A stretch of DNA of 64,000 nucleotides from positions 16,182,001-16,246,000 of the forward strand of contig NC_073393.1 in the NCBI RefSeq assembly GCF_028641065.1, read 5' to 3'. Each line of letters starts with the position of its first letter. Positions within the stretch are counted from its first letter, which is position 1. Both the position numbers and the translations under genes were made by a program. Of this stretch, positions 28,099 to 40,671 are shown piece after piece. Below the pieces are notes generated by a model. That model worked only from the letters and a program-made list of their open reading frames with translations. It did not search any database and was not told where the DNA came from. The stretch comes from Leucoraja erinacea. Taxonomy: Eukaryota.

Positions 28099-29455
28099 AT
28101 AGGTACTCGCGGTAAAGAGCGATCGATATCCCTCCATTGTTCTCCTGTTCTCGGGGTCTGTAAACGACCGCTACAGACGGCACTATGTACAGCCCCCTCC
28201 CCCCCCCGCGGAGATGATCCGCGGCTCCGCGTTCGCGAATAAGCTGCTTATTAATTGAGACCGCGGCTTCACTTTACCGCCAGTACCTAGGCCCCGCGGT
28301 CAGAGCACTTTTTCCCGGTAAATTTTCGCAGGCAGCTCCGAGATTATTTGTTAAAGACTTATTACTCTACAACAGGCTGGCATTAGTGACAATGTTTAAT
28401 TGACTGGGTTATAGTTAGCAATGTCACAAAATTTTGAGATTTAAAAAATCAAGTCTGTAATTTATCCCATCAGATAAAGCATAAAAAGAAGTTTAATTTG
28501 ACACCTAATTCACTTTCATATCTCAAGTATTTAAAAAGTTATGGCCATTTTCATACTCGGAAATTAGCATCTTGTTCCCTATTGATTTTCTATGGACATA
28601 ACAAAAAGCTGTGATCATGTGCTGTCAAAAGGCCATAACCTTCTTAAAAATTAAGAGATCTGAATGAAATTTTCAGTTATCGAAGATTGAACCATTCTGA
28701 AACAAACATAAAATAATCTAACTTGGATGACCTGAAATTAAAGCATATAATTAGTTAGTTACCCAAGTGTAGCTAATTTCAAACTTCAATTACTAGATCT
28801 AAACATCTATCCAATTCTTAATAAATGATTAACGTTTTTAAATAGCCCAAGTGTCCAAATAATATTCATAAATAATTCACAATAAAACATGATTTTAAAA
28901 TCTCATTTACATTAATTTATAGGCCAAATGGAAGGAATTTAGTGTTCAATTGCAGTAAATTAAAGGCCATTTTAAATCAGCTTTCTAGTGGGTTCCTGTG
29001 AACGCGCTGGTTTAGAATGTTCACATTGCAGTGGATGTGTGCCCTCAAATGCCCAGAAAAATACTGCGGGATATAAAGAGCCCAAAATGAACTACTCGCT
29101 ATAGAAAACTTTATATACAGGGTTCTTAAGAAGCCCCTTTTAATGTAAAAATAAGGTACATACCTTTAATTGTTTGCTTTATAAATCCCTGGGGCTGCGA
29201 GAGGTCGCGGGTTTAGAGAGTGATTTTTAAACTACTATAACTATTATACAATGCCATAAAAACGAATAATACCTTTTGCGACGGGGTCTTTCAGCGATTT
29301 TTCGTTAATGATTTACTAGGCTGAACATTTTCGATTGCAACAGCCTAGTAAAAATCGTGTTTTAAACCCGCCCCCTCTAAACAGCGCCAAAATCGCGCAC
29401 ACGGGCTGGGGCAGATTCTCAACGACGATTCAGGTAGGTTTTGCAACATACCTAT
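28099..29455. mobile_element. Putative non-autonomous DNA-transposon-like segment abutting the gap
   Basis: Short terminal inverted match ataggta...tacctat, CpG-rich ends and an AT-rich core. Family not identifiable. Confidence 0.3.
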
Positions 29456-29486
29456 TATAGTTTAGGCCCTCAATTTCATGAATGAA

Positions 29487-29947
29487 NNNNNNNNNNNNNN
29501 NNNNNNNNNNNNNNNNNNNNNNNNNNNNNNNNNNNNNNNNNNNNNNNNNNNNNNNNNNNNNNNNNNNNNNNNNNNNNNNNNNNNNNNNNNNNNNNNNNNN
29601 NNNNNNNNNNNNNNNNNNNNNNNNNNNNNNNNNNNNNNNNNNNNNNNNNNNNNNNNNNNNNNNNNNNNNNNNNNNNNNNNNNNNNNNNNNNNNNNNNNNN
29701 NNNNNNNNNNNNNNNNNNNNNNNNNNNNNNNNNNNNNNNNNNNNNNNNNNNNNNNNNNNNNNNNNNNNNNNNNNNNNNNNNNNNNNNNNNNNNNNNNNNN
29801 NNNNNNNNNNNNNNNNNNNNNNNNNNNNNNNNNNNNNNNNNNNNNNNNNNNNNNNNNNNNNNNNNNNNNNNNNNNNNNNNNNNNNNNNNNNNNNNNNNNN
29901 NNNNNNNNNNNNNNNNNNNNNNNNNNNNNNNNNNNNNNNNNNNNNNN
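29487..29947. other. Assembly gap (461 N)
   Basis: Run of N. Confidence 1.
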
Positions 29948-32900
29948 AAAATGGTGCAATTAAATTAATTAAAGTCCATACAGATAGATTTTCATAAATT
30001 CAGACTTTAATCTTACCTTTCAGTTAGTTGATTCATGGGGGCCTTCTTTGTGTTCCAGCACATCAGCAGGGACTTTGAAGGCTTTCTTGCACTTTAATCC
30101 ACTTCGCAGCACTTTCTTCAGCCTTTTTAATGCTTTTCCCACTAAATACAATCACCTGCTGCAAGTTTCCACGACATTTATTCCACAGAACAACACATCG
30201 GAATCTCCAGTAAAACAGGCATCTGTGAAGCCCCCTCAGCCATTTTGTGTGCTAGCCTGAAACAAAGCGCGTGATTGGCCAACTGGCAGACAAATCAATG
30301 TTAAATGTGCTTTGCTTGGACTAAAAAATTCCCGACATTTTTTCGGTTTTTCTCTAATTTAATACAAATGTGCAAGTCTTCTTCATATCGAGTTTCAGGG
30401 GTGATTTATATAGATGTTTTTACACAATGTGTGAAACATTTCATGTAGTTTGGTGACTTGGGTCACGAAATCCTATTTCTAGACACATTTTTGATGCTCG
30501 GCCCACAACCTATGTGTTTGACTTTCTATGTCAGCCACGGTTGCCAAAGAGGAAGTTTATTTCTTCCGCTTTGGGATGAAAAGACCCCGTGTCTTCCGAA
30601 TTACTCCCAGAAAGTCGTGTCATTGCTGCTCCACCTTCATTCCCGTTAGGGCCTCTTTCCAATCACTTTTAGCCAGCTCCCCCCTCACGCCTCTGTAGTT
30701 ACCTTTATTCAACGGCAATATCGACACATCTGATTTTATCTTCCCCCTGTCAACCGGAGAAGGGCAGGGTGGAGGTTATGGTAATATTACTGAAATCAAT
30801 GAGTTCTGCACAGGGGAGTGTGCCAGTGCACACCTGGAAAAAGAACTGTTTGACGTAAGTGACAAAAAGGCGGGCACAGCTAGGGCCCGTGTGAGTGTCC
30901 ATAGTTGTACCTTTAACTTGGAGATGGGCTTGTTTCCACTAATAAATCTAAAGTTGCTATTCTTCATAATCCATTGTGTTTTTTGCCTTGTTTACAGAGC
31001 CCCGACAATGCATTGATTCACTAAAATTGTGTTTTCCAAAGAGAAAAAAAACTGTTTTAACTTCTTGCCAAATCGTGTCCTTTGGCTTATGGTGAAAAAT
31101 CACGTAGTAAATTAATCTAAAGATCATGGAGTAGGTTTGATGGGGGTAAATATCAAGTCACTAGGTAGATGTGAACTTCGTAAATACACGTTTGCGGTTG
31201 AACAGAGCCAAATAAGCATTATACAGTTATCAAGCTATTTGTGGATGCTTTCACGTATACAACATCACTTTATTACCGTTCTTTCAGCAAGACGCCCACA
31301 CAATGTAATATTGGAGATGGGGAAAATAGAAACTCTTCTTCGGAAACATTGCAATGGAAAATAACGATTAGAATCTGCTTTTGAGGCGTGTTGCGTGTTG
31401 ATCCATGAGCTCTATGCACTTCCGTTATGCACCAAACGACATATTTTCAGACAGGTAACAGCTAAATTTGCAACGAACTGCAGAACCGTACCTACTACTT
31501 CATTAACCGCAGGAAACTAATGCGTCATTGTCGATTATATTTAGAAGCGTGTTAATATTGCGAAAGCAACTCAAAGGTAACGTTGAATGATATGTTCACA
31601 ACTAACAAGAGTGGGTAGAACGGTTCAAATAAAAAATATCAGAGTGAAGGGAAGCAGTTTGGAATCCAAATATTTCATGGCGGGTGTATCCTGGACCATT
31701 TAGTGGCAGTGCTTTCATTCGCTGAATATATACATTGTTTTGGGATAAACCTCAAACTTTAACGATGGCAACAATCTGAAACTGAGATTGGACAACTTAA
31801 AATAGATCATGTGAAATCCCGAAGATAGATATTGGCGGGGACACCTGAACGGAGAGATAGCAGCAAATGCAGATGGCAGAGAAATGTGAAATAAAACGGT
31901 ATTTTTGAAGATACAAATGAAGATGCAAATGGGCGGTGATACCTTTTGCGTAGAAAATATAACAATATTATCTGAGCCTCGGTAAAAAGGGAGAGAATGG
32001 AGAATATGGATCTTGACTTTTTGACTTCCTTTGAGTTTCTTTCGATTGCTGTCCCAAAGCTATCGTGAAAGTTCCAATTTACATTAATATAGATGAAAAA
32101 GGTGCGAAGGTGAGAGTTGACAATAGGCGACCACAATAGGCGGGCTGAGGTTATGTAGCGATTTGAGAAAGGGTCATTCAATACAATAGTTGCGGAAATT
32201 AGATGTGAACTTGCAAATCCGTAACATGTGTATAAACAATTGTTGAATTATGGCCATTGAGCAAAGTTGACATACAAATCATAGGATGGAGATGCAAAAT
32301 GCTCTACAAAATAGTTGGATTGTGTGAATTTTTAAGTTATTTTCATTTTCAGAATTTGAGTCAAATAACTGGTCCATATTTTAAGCATTTGCGTTAAAAG
32401 GAGGAATACTGATGACTATGGAGACTTTGGAGGAAGATGTAATTATTTAGAGAGAAAATAACGATGCCATTTTAATGTTGCAATGCTTCTGGCATGTAAA
32501 ACACATACGAATGTATCGATCCTCCCGTTTGATGACGTACACAAGAACTCTCCCATGACAGTAACAAAAAAGCGATGCTAATTTGCGTCGCCTTCCGCAA
32601 TTTCAAGTTCAAATACAAGCGATTAGCTGCTTCAGATGTAATAGGCGGTGGTATTCTATTCGCTCTTTCCTATGGGCTTTACATATATATGTATATATGT
32701 TTATATAAAGCGGATAGTGCTTATATCTTCACACAAATAAAATCGCACGCAGCACCCCGGAATATTGTTAGTCTTAGAAGATTCTAAAGACCGTTTTGTA
32801 AATTGATTTTCCCAGAGTTTTGGGGCTTCGGAAGTAATTGGAATATGCGGCCAGGAAAAGATTGGACAGCCAACCAGCATTGCGTACAAATATGACATTC

Positions 32901-33372
32901 TACCATCATTTAAAGTGGAATTCAGAAATTCCATGTAAGATCCAAAGAGCGGAAATGTTGTAACGAATACTCCAAGAGTGTCGGCTAGAAAAGAAGCCGG
33001 GATATACTGGATTTGAAGGGAAATTTGTTTTTTTTAATTGTCTTTCAGTTCCAGAAGGTATCTTAATATTTTTGTATAAACAATGAGATGTGATGCACAA
33101 ACAGATAGGAAAATAGCATGACATGTACAATGCATGCTGGTAATATATTTTAATAGTTTTAAATAACTAAGTTATTGTGATTATTTTTTAGAATTCATCG
33201 ATTGCAGACAGATAATCTTGAATACTTAAAGATTAATATGACTGTTGTGTAATAGGTCCAATTTCGGTATTTCTATAACATAGGTGGATGTGAACGTGTA
33301 TATAATGAAGACCCTTTACTGCATGGACCGTAAAGTATTACCAGGCCATTGTAGTCTATAGAATTTCCTTGA

Positions 33373-33528
33373 TTACTTTCCGTCATCTTTAACTCTTCGT
33401 GGATTTGCCGTCTGCAGCGCAGCATATTCCGTGATCTTATCCCTAGGTTTAACGTTACCAGCATTCCCGGGTTGAGACAATTCCACAGATGCGTATGTAA
33501 GTACTTCCCGGGCGGTCCGTTGTTTTAC
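33373..33528 (-). CDS. Gene B: terminal cytoplasmic exon with second ITIM (LTYASV) and ITSM-like motif (TEYAAL)
   Basis: ggtttttcag|, phase 0. Encodes VKQRTAREVLTYASVELSQPGNAGNVKPRDKITEYAALQTANPRRVKDDGK*. Confidence 0.82.
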   Translation of the reverse strand, partial: VKQRTAREVLTYASVELSQPGNAGNVKPRDKITEYAALQTANPRRVKDDGK

Positions 33529-34276
33529 CTGAAAAACCAACGGTTGCAAAAGATGTAATTGTTGAACCAGGTTGTGGCCCGCGGATCTAGTCAGGTATCA
33601 AAAACATCCGCACAACTTTAGACGCACCACACTACCAACGTTGGGACAAACGCAGATATTGAGTAAATAGACTGGAGTAAAAAGTGCTGGAGGAACGAAC
33701 ACTGTAGGCCTGGCAACACATGTGGAACAAAAATAACAAACTATGTGATGGATTAAAATGTCGCTTGATTTTTTCATTCCACGGATGCAGGCTGGCCTGG
33801 TGAGGCGTCGTTTTTTTTTTTTTTGCACTGGATTCCATCATCTGCAGTCGCTTGTGCCAACAATCCCAGATATTCAGTGGTTGGTCTGATATTAGTGTAC
33901 ATTATGAATGATGAGGTTTCGGGGCACTTAAAATATTGTGAAACAGGCCGGTCAGCATAGTTCTAAGGGGAGATGGACAAAGGAGAGACCATGGACCATG
34001 TTTACTTGTATTTTCAGGACGCACATGAAGTTTTTAAAGCAAAGATTGACATGTTCTTGATTAGTAAGGTTGTCAAAAATTACAGGGATATGGCAGCAAA
34101 ATTAGGTTGAGTGGGAAATATAGATCAGCCATGATCCAATGACGGAGCAGACTCGATGGGCTGAATGGCCAATACCTGCCCCTGTGTCTCATGATTTATG
34201 ACATTAGGATATGGCTCTTTTGCACCTATTTTCTGCGTCGCTTTCTATGTTTTCTTCATGTGCTGCAGAATCTTAC

Positions 34277-34375
34277 TTGTGCATAGGATGTCTCCTCTTC
34301 GCTTTTCTGTCTCCCTTTCCTTTTGGAATTGCTCATATCTACAGCAGAATAAGTCAGGATGTTGTTCGCCTCAAC
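34277..34375 (-). CDS. Gene B: cytoplasmic exon with ITIM (LTYSAV) and ITSM (TSYAQ|V)
   Basis: ttcttcctgatccatgcag| and CAA|gtaaga, phase 0/0. Encodes VEANNILTYSAVDMSNSKRKGRQKSEEETSYAQ. Confidence 0.82.
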
Positions 34376-35039
34376 CTGCATGGATCAGGAAGAAAATAAT
34401 TCACATGACTGCACAAGTGCCATTATCGTTGCTTGCGTATTTGCCAGTGAGCGCAATGGAGTAATTCCAAACACATACAAAATATATGGTTTATAAATCT
34501 AAAACTATAAGACTTGTATGGGTTTTAAGTAGAATATATCCACTGAACTTAAACTTGATGGGTTTCAGCATCACTAGGTGGAATTACTCAGTTCAAACGT
34601 AAGACTTGGAGCGCTGAATGTAGTTATTATCTACGTATATGCGGAATTAATTAATCCATTTAAGTTGTCTCTTCCTATAACCACTTACACTAACGTCGCA
34701 ACTGCCGGCAAATGAATGTTAAACACAAATTGACAGATTCGCGATAGCGATGGATACTTTTGCGAAATAGTTCTAGCAGAATACTTGTTTTACAACCTTA
34801 TTTATAGATGCTTCAACCGTTTCCTCAAATGTAATATATATGTATATATACATAAATGCATACCGATTCTTCATGGCCCACGGTACTCCTTTGCTCTAAA
34901 AGTTAATGAAATTAAATTATAAATAACGGCAATACATTTCCCCGTGTCCTATTAATACTTTTTTAATGTAACAGTTAAACAAGAGCCTATCATTGTATGC
35001 AGGGAAAGCAATAAGCAATGAGATTAAATAGAATCATGC

Positions 35040-35950
35040 AGTCATAGAGTGATACACTGTGGAAACAGGCCCTTCGGCCCAACTCGTCCACACCGGCCAA
35101 TAATGTTCCAGCTACCCTAGACCCACTTGCCTGCGCTTGGTCCATAACCATCCAAACCTATCCTATCCAGTTAGCGGTCCAACTGTTTCTTAAACGATGG
35201 GATAGTCCCCGACTCAATTACCTCCTTTGGCAGCTTGTTCCATACACCCACTGTGTGAAAAAGTCACCCCTCGGATTCCTATTAAATCTTTTCCCCTTCA
35301 CCTAGAACCTACGTCCTCGATTCCCCAACTCTGGGCAAGACTGTGCATCTACCCGATCTATTCCTCTCGCGATTTAATATATCTCTATCTCCCCTCATCC
35401 TCCTACGCTCCATGGAATAGAGACCCAGCCTACTCAACCTCTCCCTATAGCTCACACCCTCTAGCCCTGGCAACATCCTCGTAAATCTTTTCTGGACCAT
35501 TTCAAGCTTGACAATATCTTTCCTATAACATGGTGTCAAGAACTGAACACAATATTCTAAATGCGGTCTCACCAACTTCTTATACCACTGCAACATGACC
35601 TCCCAACTTCTATACTCAATACTCTGACTGATGAAGGTGCCAAAAGCCTTTTTGACCAACTTGTGACTCGACCTTCAAGGAACCATGCACTTGTACTCCT
35701 AGATCTCTCTGCTCTACAACACTACCCAGAGGCCCACCATTTACTGTGTTGGTCCTGCCCTTACAAAACCACTGACTTTTGTATCATCAGCAAACTTGCT
35801 AATCTGCCCCGTATGTTCTCATCCAAATCATTGATGTAGATGCCAAACAGTAACGGGCCCAGCACCGAACCCTGTGGCACACCACTAGTCACTGGCCTCC
35901 ATTCTGAGAAGCAACCTTCCACTATCACTCTCTGCTTCCTTCCATGGAGC
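35040..35950 (-). mobile_element. CR1 RT fragment within a gene B intron
   Basis: [13 protein letters not shown] and LVRPHLEYCVQF motifs. Confidence 0.8.
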
Positions 35951-37167
35951 ATATTCGTATCCGAGAACATCGTTAAACGATGCAGGACTTTGAGGGTTGG
36001 TGCAATTATAAGAACCGTTCTTTCTTTAACGAGGACATAATGAATTTCACGGAGAGAGGAAACATAAGATTATGTTTCTAGTACGATAGGATTAATTTAA
36101 AATAAACTCGTGAATAATTGAGTTATTTAAGACAGGCGTTATTTAAGAGAGAAACGTTATCTTACTTCAAATGCAGAATGCAACTGTCCATGCAAATACA
36201 ACGTTTACTGTTCATAAATTAATAAATTATAAGAGCAGAATTAAGCCATTCGCCCTATCAATTCTACTCTGTCATTCAATTATGGCTAACCTGTCTTTCC
36301 CTCTCAACCCCATTCTCCTGCCTTCTCCCCATAACCTTTGACACACGTACTAATCAAGAATCTATCACTCTCCGCCATTAAACCTATCCATTCACTTGGC
36401 CTTCATAGTCTTCTGTGGCAATGACTTCCACGGATTCACCATCCTGACTGACGAAATTCCTCCTCACTTTCGTTCTAAATGTACGTCATTTTATTCTAAG
36501 GCTATGGCCTCTGGTCCTAGACTCTCCCACAAGTGGAAACATCCTCAACACATCCCCTCTATCCAGTCCTTTCTGTCTCCTTCTAGTTTCCATGTTTCTT
36601 AATATTCAACGATATTTTTGTGCGTTTACAACATTATTTATTCTAAATCAGGTTAAAAAAACGACAAAATTATATATCTAAGCAACATTAACGTGTTGCT
36701 CAGCATGTCATTATCCAACGGTTACATTGAGATCTATACTGCATTCGTCACATGAGATTTTACTTCAAATACCTTTTCGAAAAAAAAGTGTTCACAACGC
36801 TTAACACTGCTGCGTCTAAATACTACCCCCCTTGACTTCGATTGCGATTGCAAACCTTGTCTATAATGCATCGTATCGCGAAAATGGTTATGAATGAACT
36901 GTGGCGGCGGGAGGTTGGTAGTTGGAGGACTCTTGCAGATACAACCAAATGAGAACTTTTGAAACAATGTTAGAAAGTTTATCAATAAGAGATCATGGTG
37001 TGAATTGAATTTTCATGTGCAGCAAATTAGGATCGTTTTCTACAATTCCTTAATAAACAGCCCAAAGTTTGCATTTGTGGTTGGAAATTATTTTGACATA
37101 TCATATTTAAGTTAAAAGAGTGATCCCGCCAAGCATCCGCTATTTCCTCTCGACTGGGCACTAATAC

Positions 37168-37190
37168 CATCCTGCTCAAAGCAGTTGCAC
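37168..37190 (-). CDS. Gene B: candidate 23-nt linker micro-exon (phase 1 to 0)
   Basis: A phase-changing exon is required between the TM exon (ends phase 1) and the ITIM exon (starts phase 0). tttcag|GTGCAACTGCTTTGAGCAGGATG|gtatta fits (SATALSRM), but both splice sites are weak. Confidence 0.3.
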
Positions 37191-37440
37191 CTGAAATTCA
37201 TCTAGATTTCACTTTTCCATATCTAAAATTCAAACATACTCTTGCAAATAAGCAGAACAATATTTCTATTTCTTTCTTCTGGGATCACTATTAAATTATA
37301 AATACTGAATTATCGGTCATGTCCGGTGCAATTCAAATTCCTGCAAAATTGCATAGCAGCTCTATCATTTAGAAATTGTATTAATTATCTACATTGTTGT
37401 CTAGGTTCTCAGAAAACACATCGGTGAGCATAATACTTAC

Positions 37441-37545
37441 TTTTATTTGTCGAACGGCACCTCAGGACAATGATAAATACAAACACCAAAATGGCGATTC
37501 CACCGACCCCAGAAGCCCAGATATAGAGATATTGGTTGGCGAGTT
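37441..37545 (-). CDS. Gene B: transmembrane exon (uncharged TM)
   Basis: catctttcag| and A|gtaagt, phase 1/1, 105 nt. Encodes ELANQYLYIWASGVGGIAILVFVFIIVLRCRSTNK. Confidence 0.85.
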
Positions 37546-38824
37546 CTGAAAGATGAGGAAAAATAATGAATTACACTGTGGGCACTTTTGATACATTAAA
37601 AGAATAGTTATTGGAATTACTTGTGACTGAACTGATTTCTAAGCTTACGATAACTACACGGAGCAGCGCGAGATAACTGTAAAAAGATAGTCAAATTTGC
37701 ATTTCATTTTTAAAGTATTTTTTATTCTGACATCCGTAATTATTTTTTACTGGCAAAATGTAACATGCGACCTGAGTAATTTGGCTGCCGTGAATAATTT
37801 GCACCGTATCAGTCTCCGGTGTACTGAGCATTATTTAAATCAGGGGAATAAGTATTGGTGGAAGGGAGTAATGTTTATTTTACTTGACTTGGCTTGGCAA
37901 TGGCGCCCCATAGTCTGACTAACAATTCGCTTGAATTGAATAAAATAGTTTATTTAATATCCTTCGCTGATCTGCAGTAGCAAGGATCAGTGCATCATGC
38001 TCATTTTATTGTGTAGGAAAGAACTGCAGATGCTGGTTTAAGGCACAAAATGCTGGGGTAACTCAGCGGGGCAGGCAGCATCTCTGGAAAGAAGGAATGG
38101 GCGCGTTTCGGCCCTTCTTCAGATCCTGCTTATGTTATTATTTGTTAGATCCTGCATCGCGATCGTGCATGTGAAACAGATATAAATAGAGGGCTCGCCA
38201 AGATTGGTCGTCAGTAGCTACTAAATCGGCTACTTCCATCAGCGAGGACAAAAAAAGTAGGCACATTTCGCATTCCACCATCATAGCCGTAGTTCCATAT
38301 ATGTTGCCCTGTGAATACACAGGGATTGCAACCATTATTGAAGGCGGAAACACATTTTCTCGAGCAGCCGGGGTTGGCAATAACCTTAGCCCTCACCATT
38401 GACGCACATATCCAGTTAAAGGTAAAATATAAATATACATTGCCATTATTTCTGTGAATCCATAATTTAGTACCATATTAGTGAAAAAGATTAGGCCATG
38501 TCAAGCAAAGGAGGGGCCTTCCGAGCCCATTGTCCATGGCTTGGAAAGGAAACATCCTGACAGCTCAAGTCTGGAATCTCGAGATGCACTATTTTAGGGG
38601 CAGGCTCCAGAACAAAGACACGTTCCTCGACATCTGTCACGAAATCCGGCAATATAAACTAAACAATAAATTTAGTATGAAGCCTCTGGAGAATGAGCAA
38701 ACGACGCAAAATGTTTAGAGGGAAAATAAATACCATCCCTTCCATCTCATATACATACTTCCAGAGTTACCAGAAATAATAAGTTTTTATGGGACCCGTT
38801 AGAATAGACAGTCATTACGACGAT

Positions 38825-38828
38825 ATTA

Positions 38829-38881
<53 letters not shown>

Positions 38882-38905
38882 ATTATTATTATATTTATTA
38901 TTATT
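38825..38905. repeat. (ATT)n microsatellite in gene B intron 3, absent from the gene C paralog
   Basis: Direct observation. Confidence 0.9.
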
Positions 38906-38994
38906 TGTGATCCCTTTAAACGTAACTTTGTCAACATCAAGAAACGCAGACTTCAATAATAAGTTATAAAATTATACAGTGTTTCAAGTCATAC

Positions 38995-39303
38995 CTTGGT
39001 CGGGTTTGCGAAGGGGTTGCGTGGCAATGGCGGGTCTTTGGAGGGAGATGTGTATCACCAGACAAATGTAAATATTCCCGTTCGCCTCCGACTGCGTCAT
39101 GGATAATGAACTGGAAGCCGTGTACAGCCCTTCACTATTTTTCTGTTTAATGGTATCGACCTTAGCTGTAACAGCAACGCTATTTTTATACCATAGAAGG
39201 GTTAGATCACCCGGGTAAAACTCGGCCGTTTTACAGACAAGCGTTGTAGCTGCAGATGAATTGCTCTCGGATATCCAGTTAATCTTCAGTGGAGTTGGAA
39301 GGT
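38995..39303 (-). CDS. Gene B: Ig C1-set exon (not in the ORF track)
   Basis: cccacag| and G|gtatga, 309 nt, open frame. Encodes DLPTPLKINWISESNSSAATTLVCKTAEFYPGDLTLLWYKN...GLYTASSSLSM...YICLVIHISLQRPAIATQPLRKPDQ. Confidence 0.92.
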
Positions 39304-39801
39304 CTGTGGGACAGAGTGCGAAAATATCATATTACTGGAATGAAATTAAACAGACAGTAGGAGAAGCTTGTTTAGAAATCCACATATTTTACCCGATCCC
39401 TTGAAGACAGAAGATAACGAATTATTGATATCTGTTACCTCATACAGCGGAGGGGAAGAACCGCCGCGGAAAGTTAATTTTGTTTCAACTAAACCAGCGT
39501 TCAATGACATGAAATGTGGAATCTTTTGGAGGTGCAATTGATAGTGATTTATGCTGGATCGTATTTGAAGGTGTGATGATCTCTTGATTGAAAGCTATTG
39601 TTACTTGTCTTGAAATACATCTTATTTGCTGTATTTTAACATATATGTTCGGCATAATAATATTGTACATTCAATAAAACGAGCATCAAATTGTATGGTT
39701 TTCACATAATTTCATGGGGCCCTTCACAAATCGGAACTCTAATATAGAGATATAATTCTTGTGCAATATTCTCAAGTATTCTGTCCACTTTTGTCACTCA
39801 C

Positions 39802-40122
39802 CACATACTGTTAGTTCTGACCCTGTTCCTTCTCCGCTAATTTTCCCCTGACGCATGACTACACAGCGATAGTTTCCCGAATCCTCGTAGGTCGTGTTCA
39901 GTAAACCAAAATATCCGCCTGATCGATTTTTGACGGTGAATCGCTTTCTGCCATCAGCGTCGCTTTGTATATATTCATTCTCCCCCTGTTTTCGCCAACG
40001 CACTTCGATTCCCGAACTGTCATCCGCTAGTGGGATTATGCAGTGAAAGGTGACGTTTGCTCCCTTCAATATAACCTTTCGTTCTGGAATTTGGGTAACG
40101 TGGATCGCAGTTTTTTCAGCAG
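39802..40122 (-). CDS. Gene B: V-set exon with germline-joined J-like G strand (NKp30/SIRP-like V)
   Basis: ccaacag| and G|gtgagt, phase 1/1, 321 nt. Encodes AAEKTAIHVTQIPERKVILKGANVTFHC...VRWRK...EDSGNYRCVVMRQGKISGEGTGSELTVC. Confidence 0.92.
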
Positions 40123-40305
40123 CTGTTGGAAAAACGTTTAAGATTTGGTTAATTATATTCAATGTAGAACCAACTCTTTTGATAGTACATTGGCATGAAA
40201 AACAAAACTAACAGACAAATAGAAAAATACATTTCATCAGTTAAGCCAGGAATAGTTTGGAATATTTTGGCATTTAGACAAGTCTATATGAGATCGTTCA
40301 TGTAC

Positions 40306-40351
40306 CTGTGAAAATAATCACGGCGAGAGACAGAATCAGGACCAGAAACAT
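40306..40351 (-). CDS. Gene B (inhibitory VJ-C1 receptor): signal-peptide exon
   Basis: ATG...ACA G|gtacat, 46 nt, MFLVLILSLAVIIFT; paralogous to 58196-58241. Confidence 0.85.
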
Positions 40352-40500
40352 TGCAGGTTTAACATTCCGAGCAAATCATTCAACTGATGCCTCACTACGA
40401 TATTCACTCTAAGCAATGGTTACTTTGAAATGTGTTGCGATGACGTTTGCCGCTTTTCTTAGGTGGGTGGGACTACACTTCGCATTCGCTGACGAAGGAA
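40352..40500 (-). promoter_or_regulatory. Conserved proximal promoter/5'UTR block of the receptor family
   Basis: The block aaccattgct...gaggcatcagttgaa...tgctcggaatgtt precedes the leader ATG in gene B, gene C (58111-58195) and the diverged relic (about 56565-56727). Confidence 0.55.
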
Positions 40501-40551
40501 CATAAATAAGCGTGCAGCAGGTAACTAACAAAATAGTGTTTGGGAGGTGTT

Positions 40552-40671
40552 TAAGAAGGAACTGCAGATGAGGGAAAATCGAAGGTACACAAAAATGCTG
40601 GAGAAACTCAGCGGGTGCAGCAGCATCTATGGAGCGAAGGAAACAGGCAACGTTTCGGGCCGAAACCCTTC
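40552..40671 (-). mobile_element. Penelope-type terminal-repeat fragment inserted upstream of gene B
   Basis: Flanked by the direct repeat ttgggaggtgtt; the gene C paralog has a single copy of that sequence (about 57601-57613). Confidence 0.75.

Noticed and set aside
29462-29997. ORFs of 160-170 aa
   Set aside because: Artefacts of the N gap.
34689-36183. Alternative linker micro-exons for gene B ending at strong gtaag donors (34688, 36165)
   Set aside because: Available acceptors give the wrong phase or in-frame stops.
38995-40351. Rearranging Ig light-chain or TCR locus
   Set aside because: V and J-like strand are in one exon, no RSS was seen, and the gene continues to a TM and ITIM tail.
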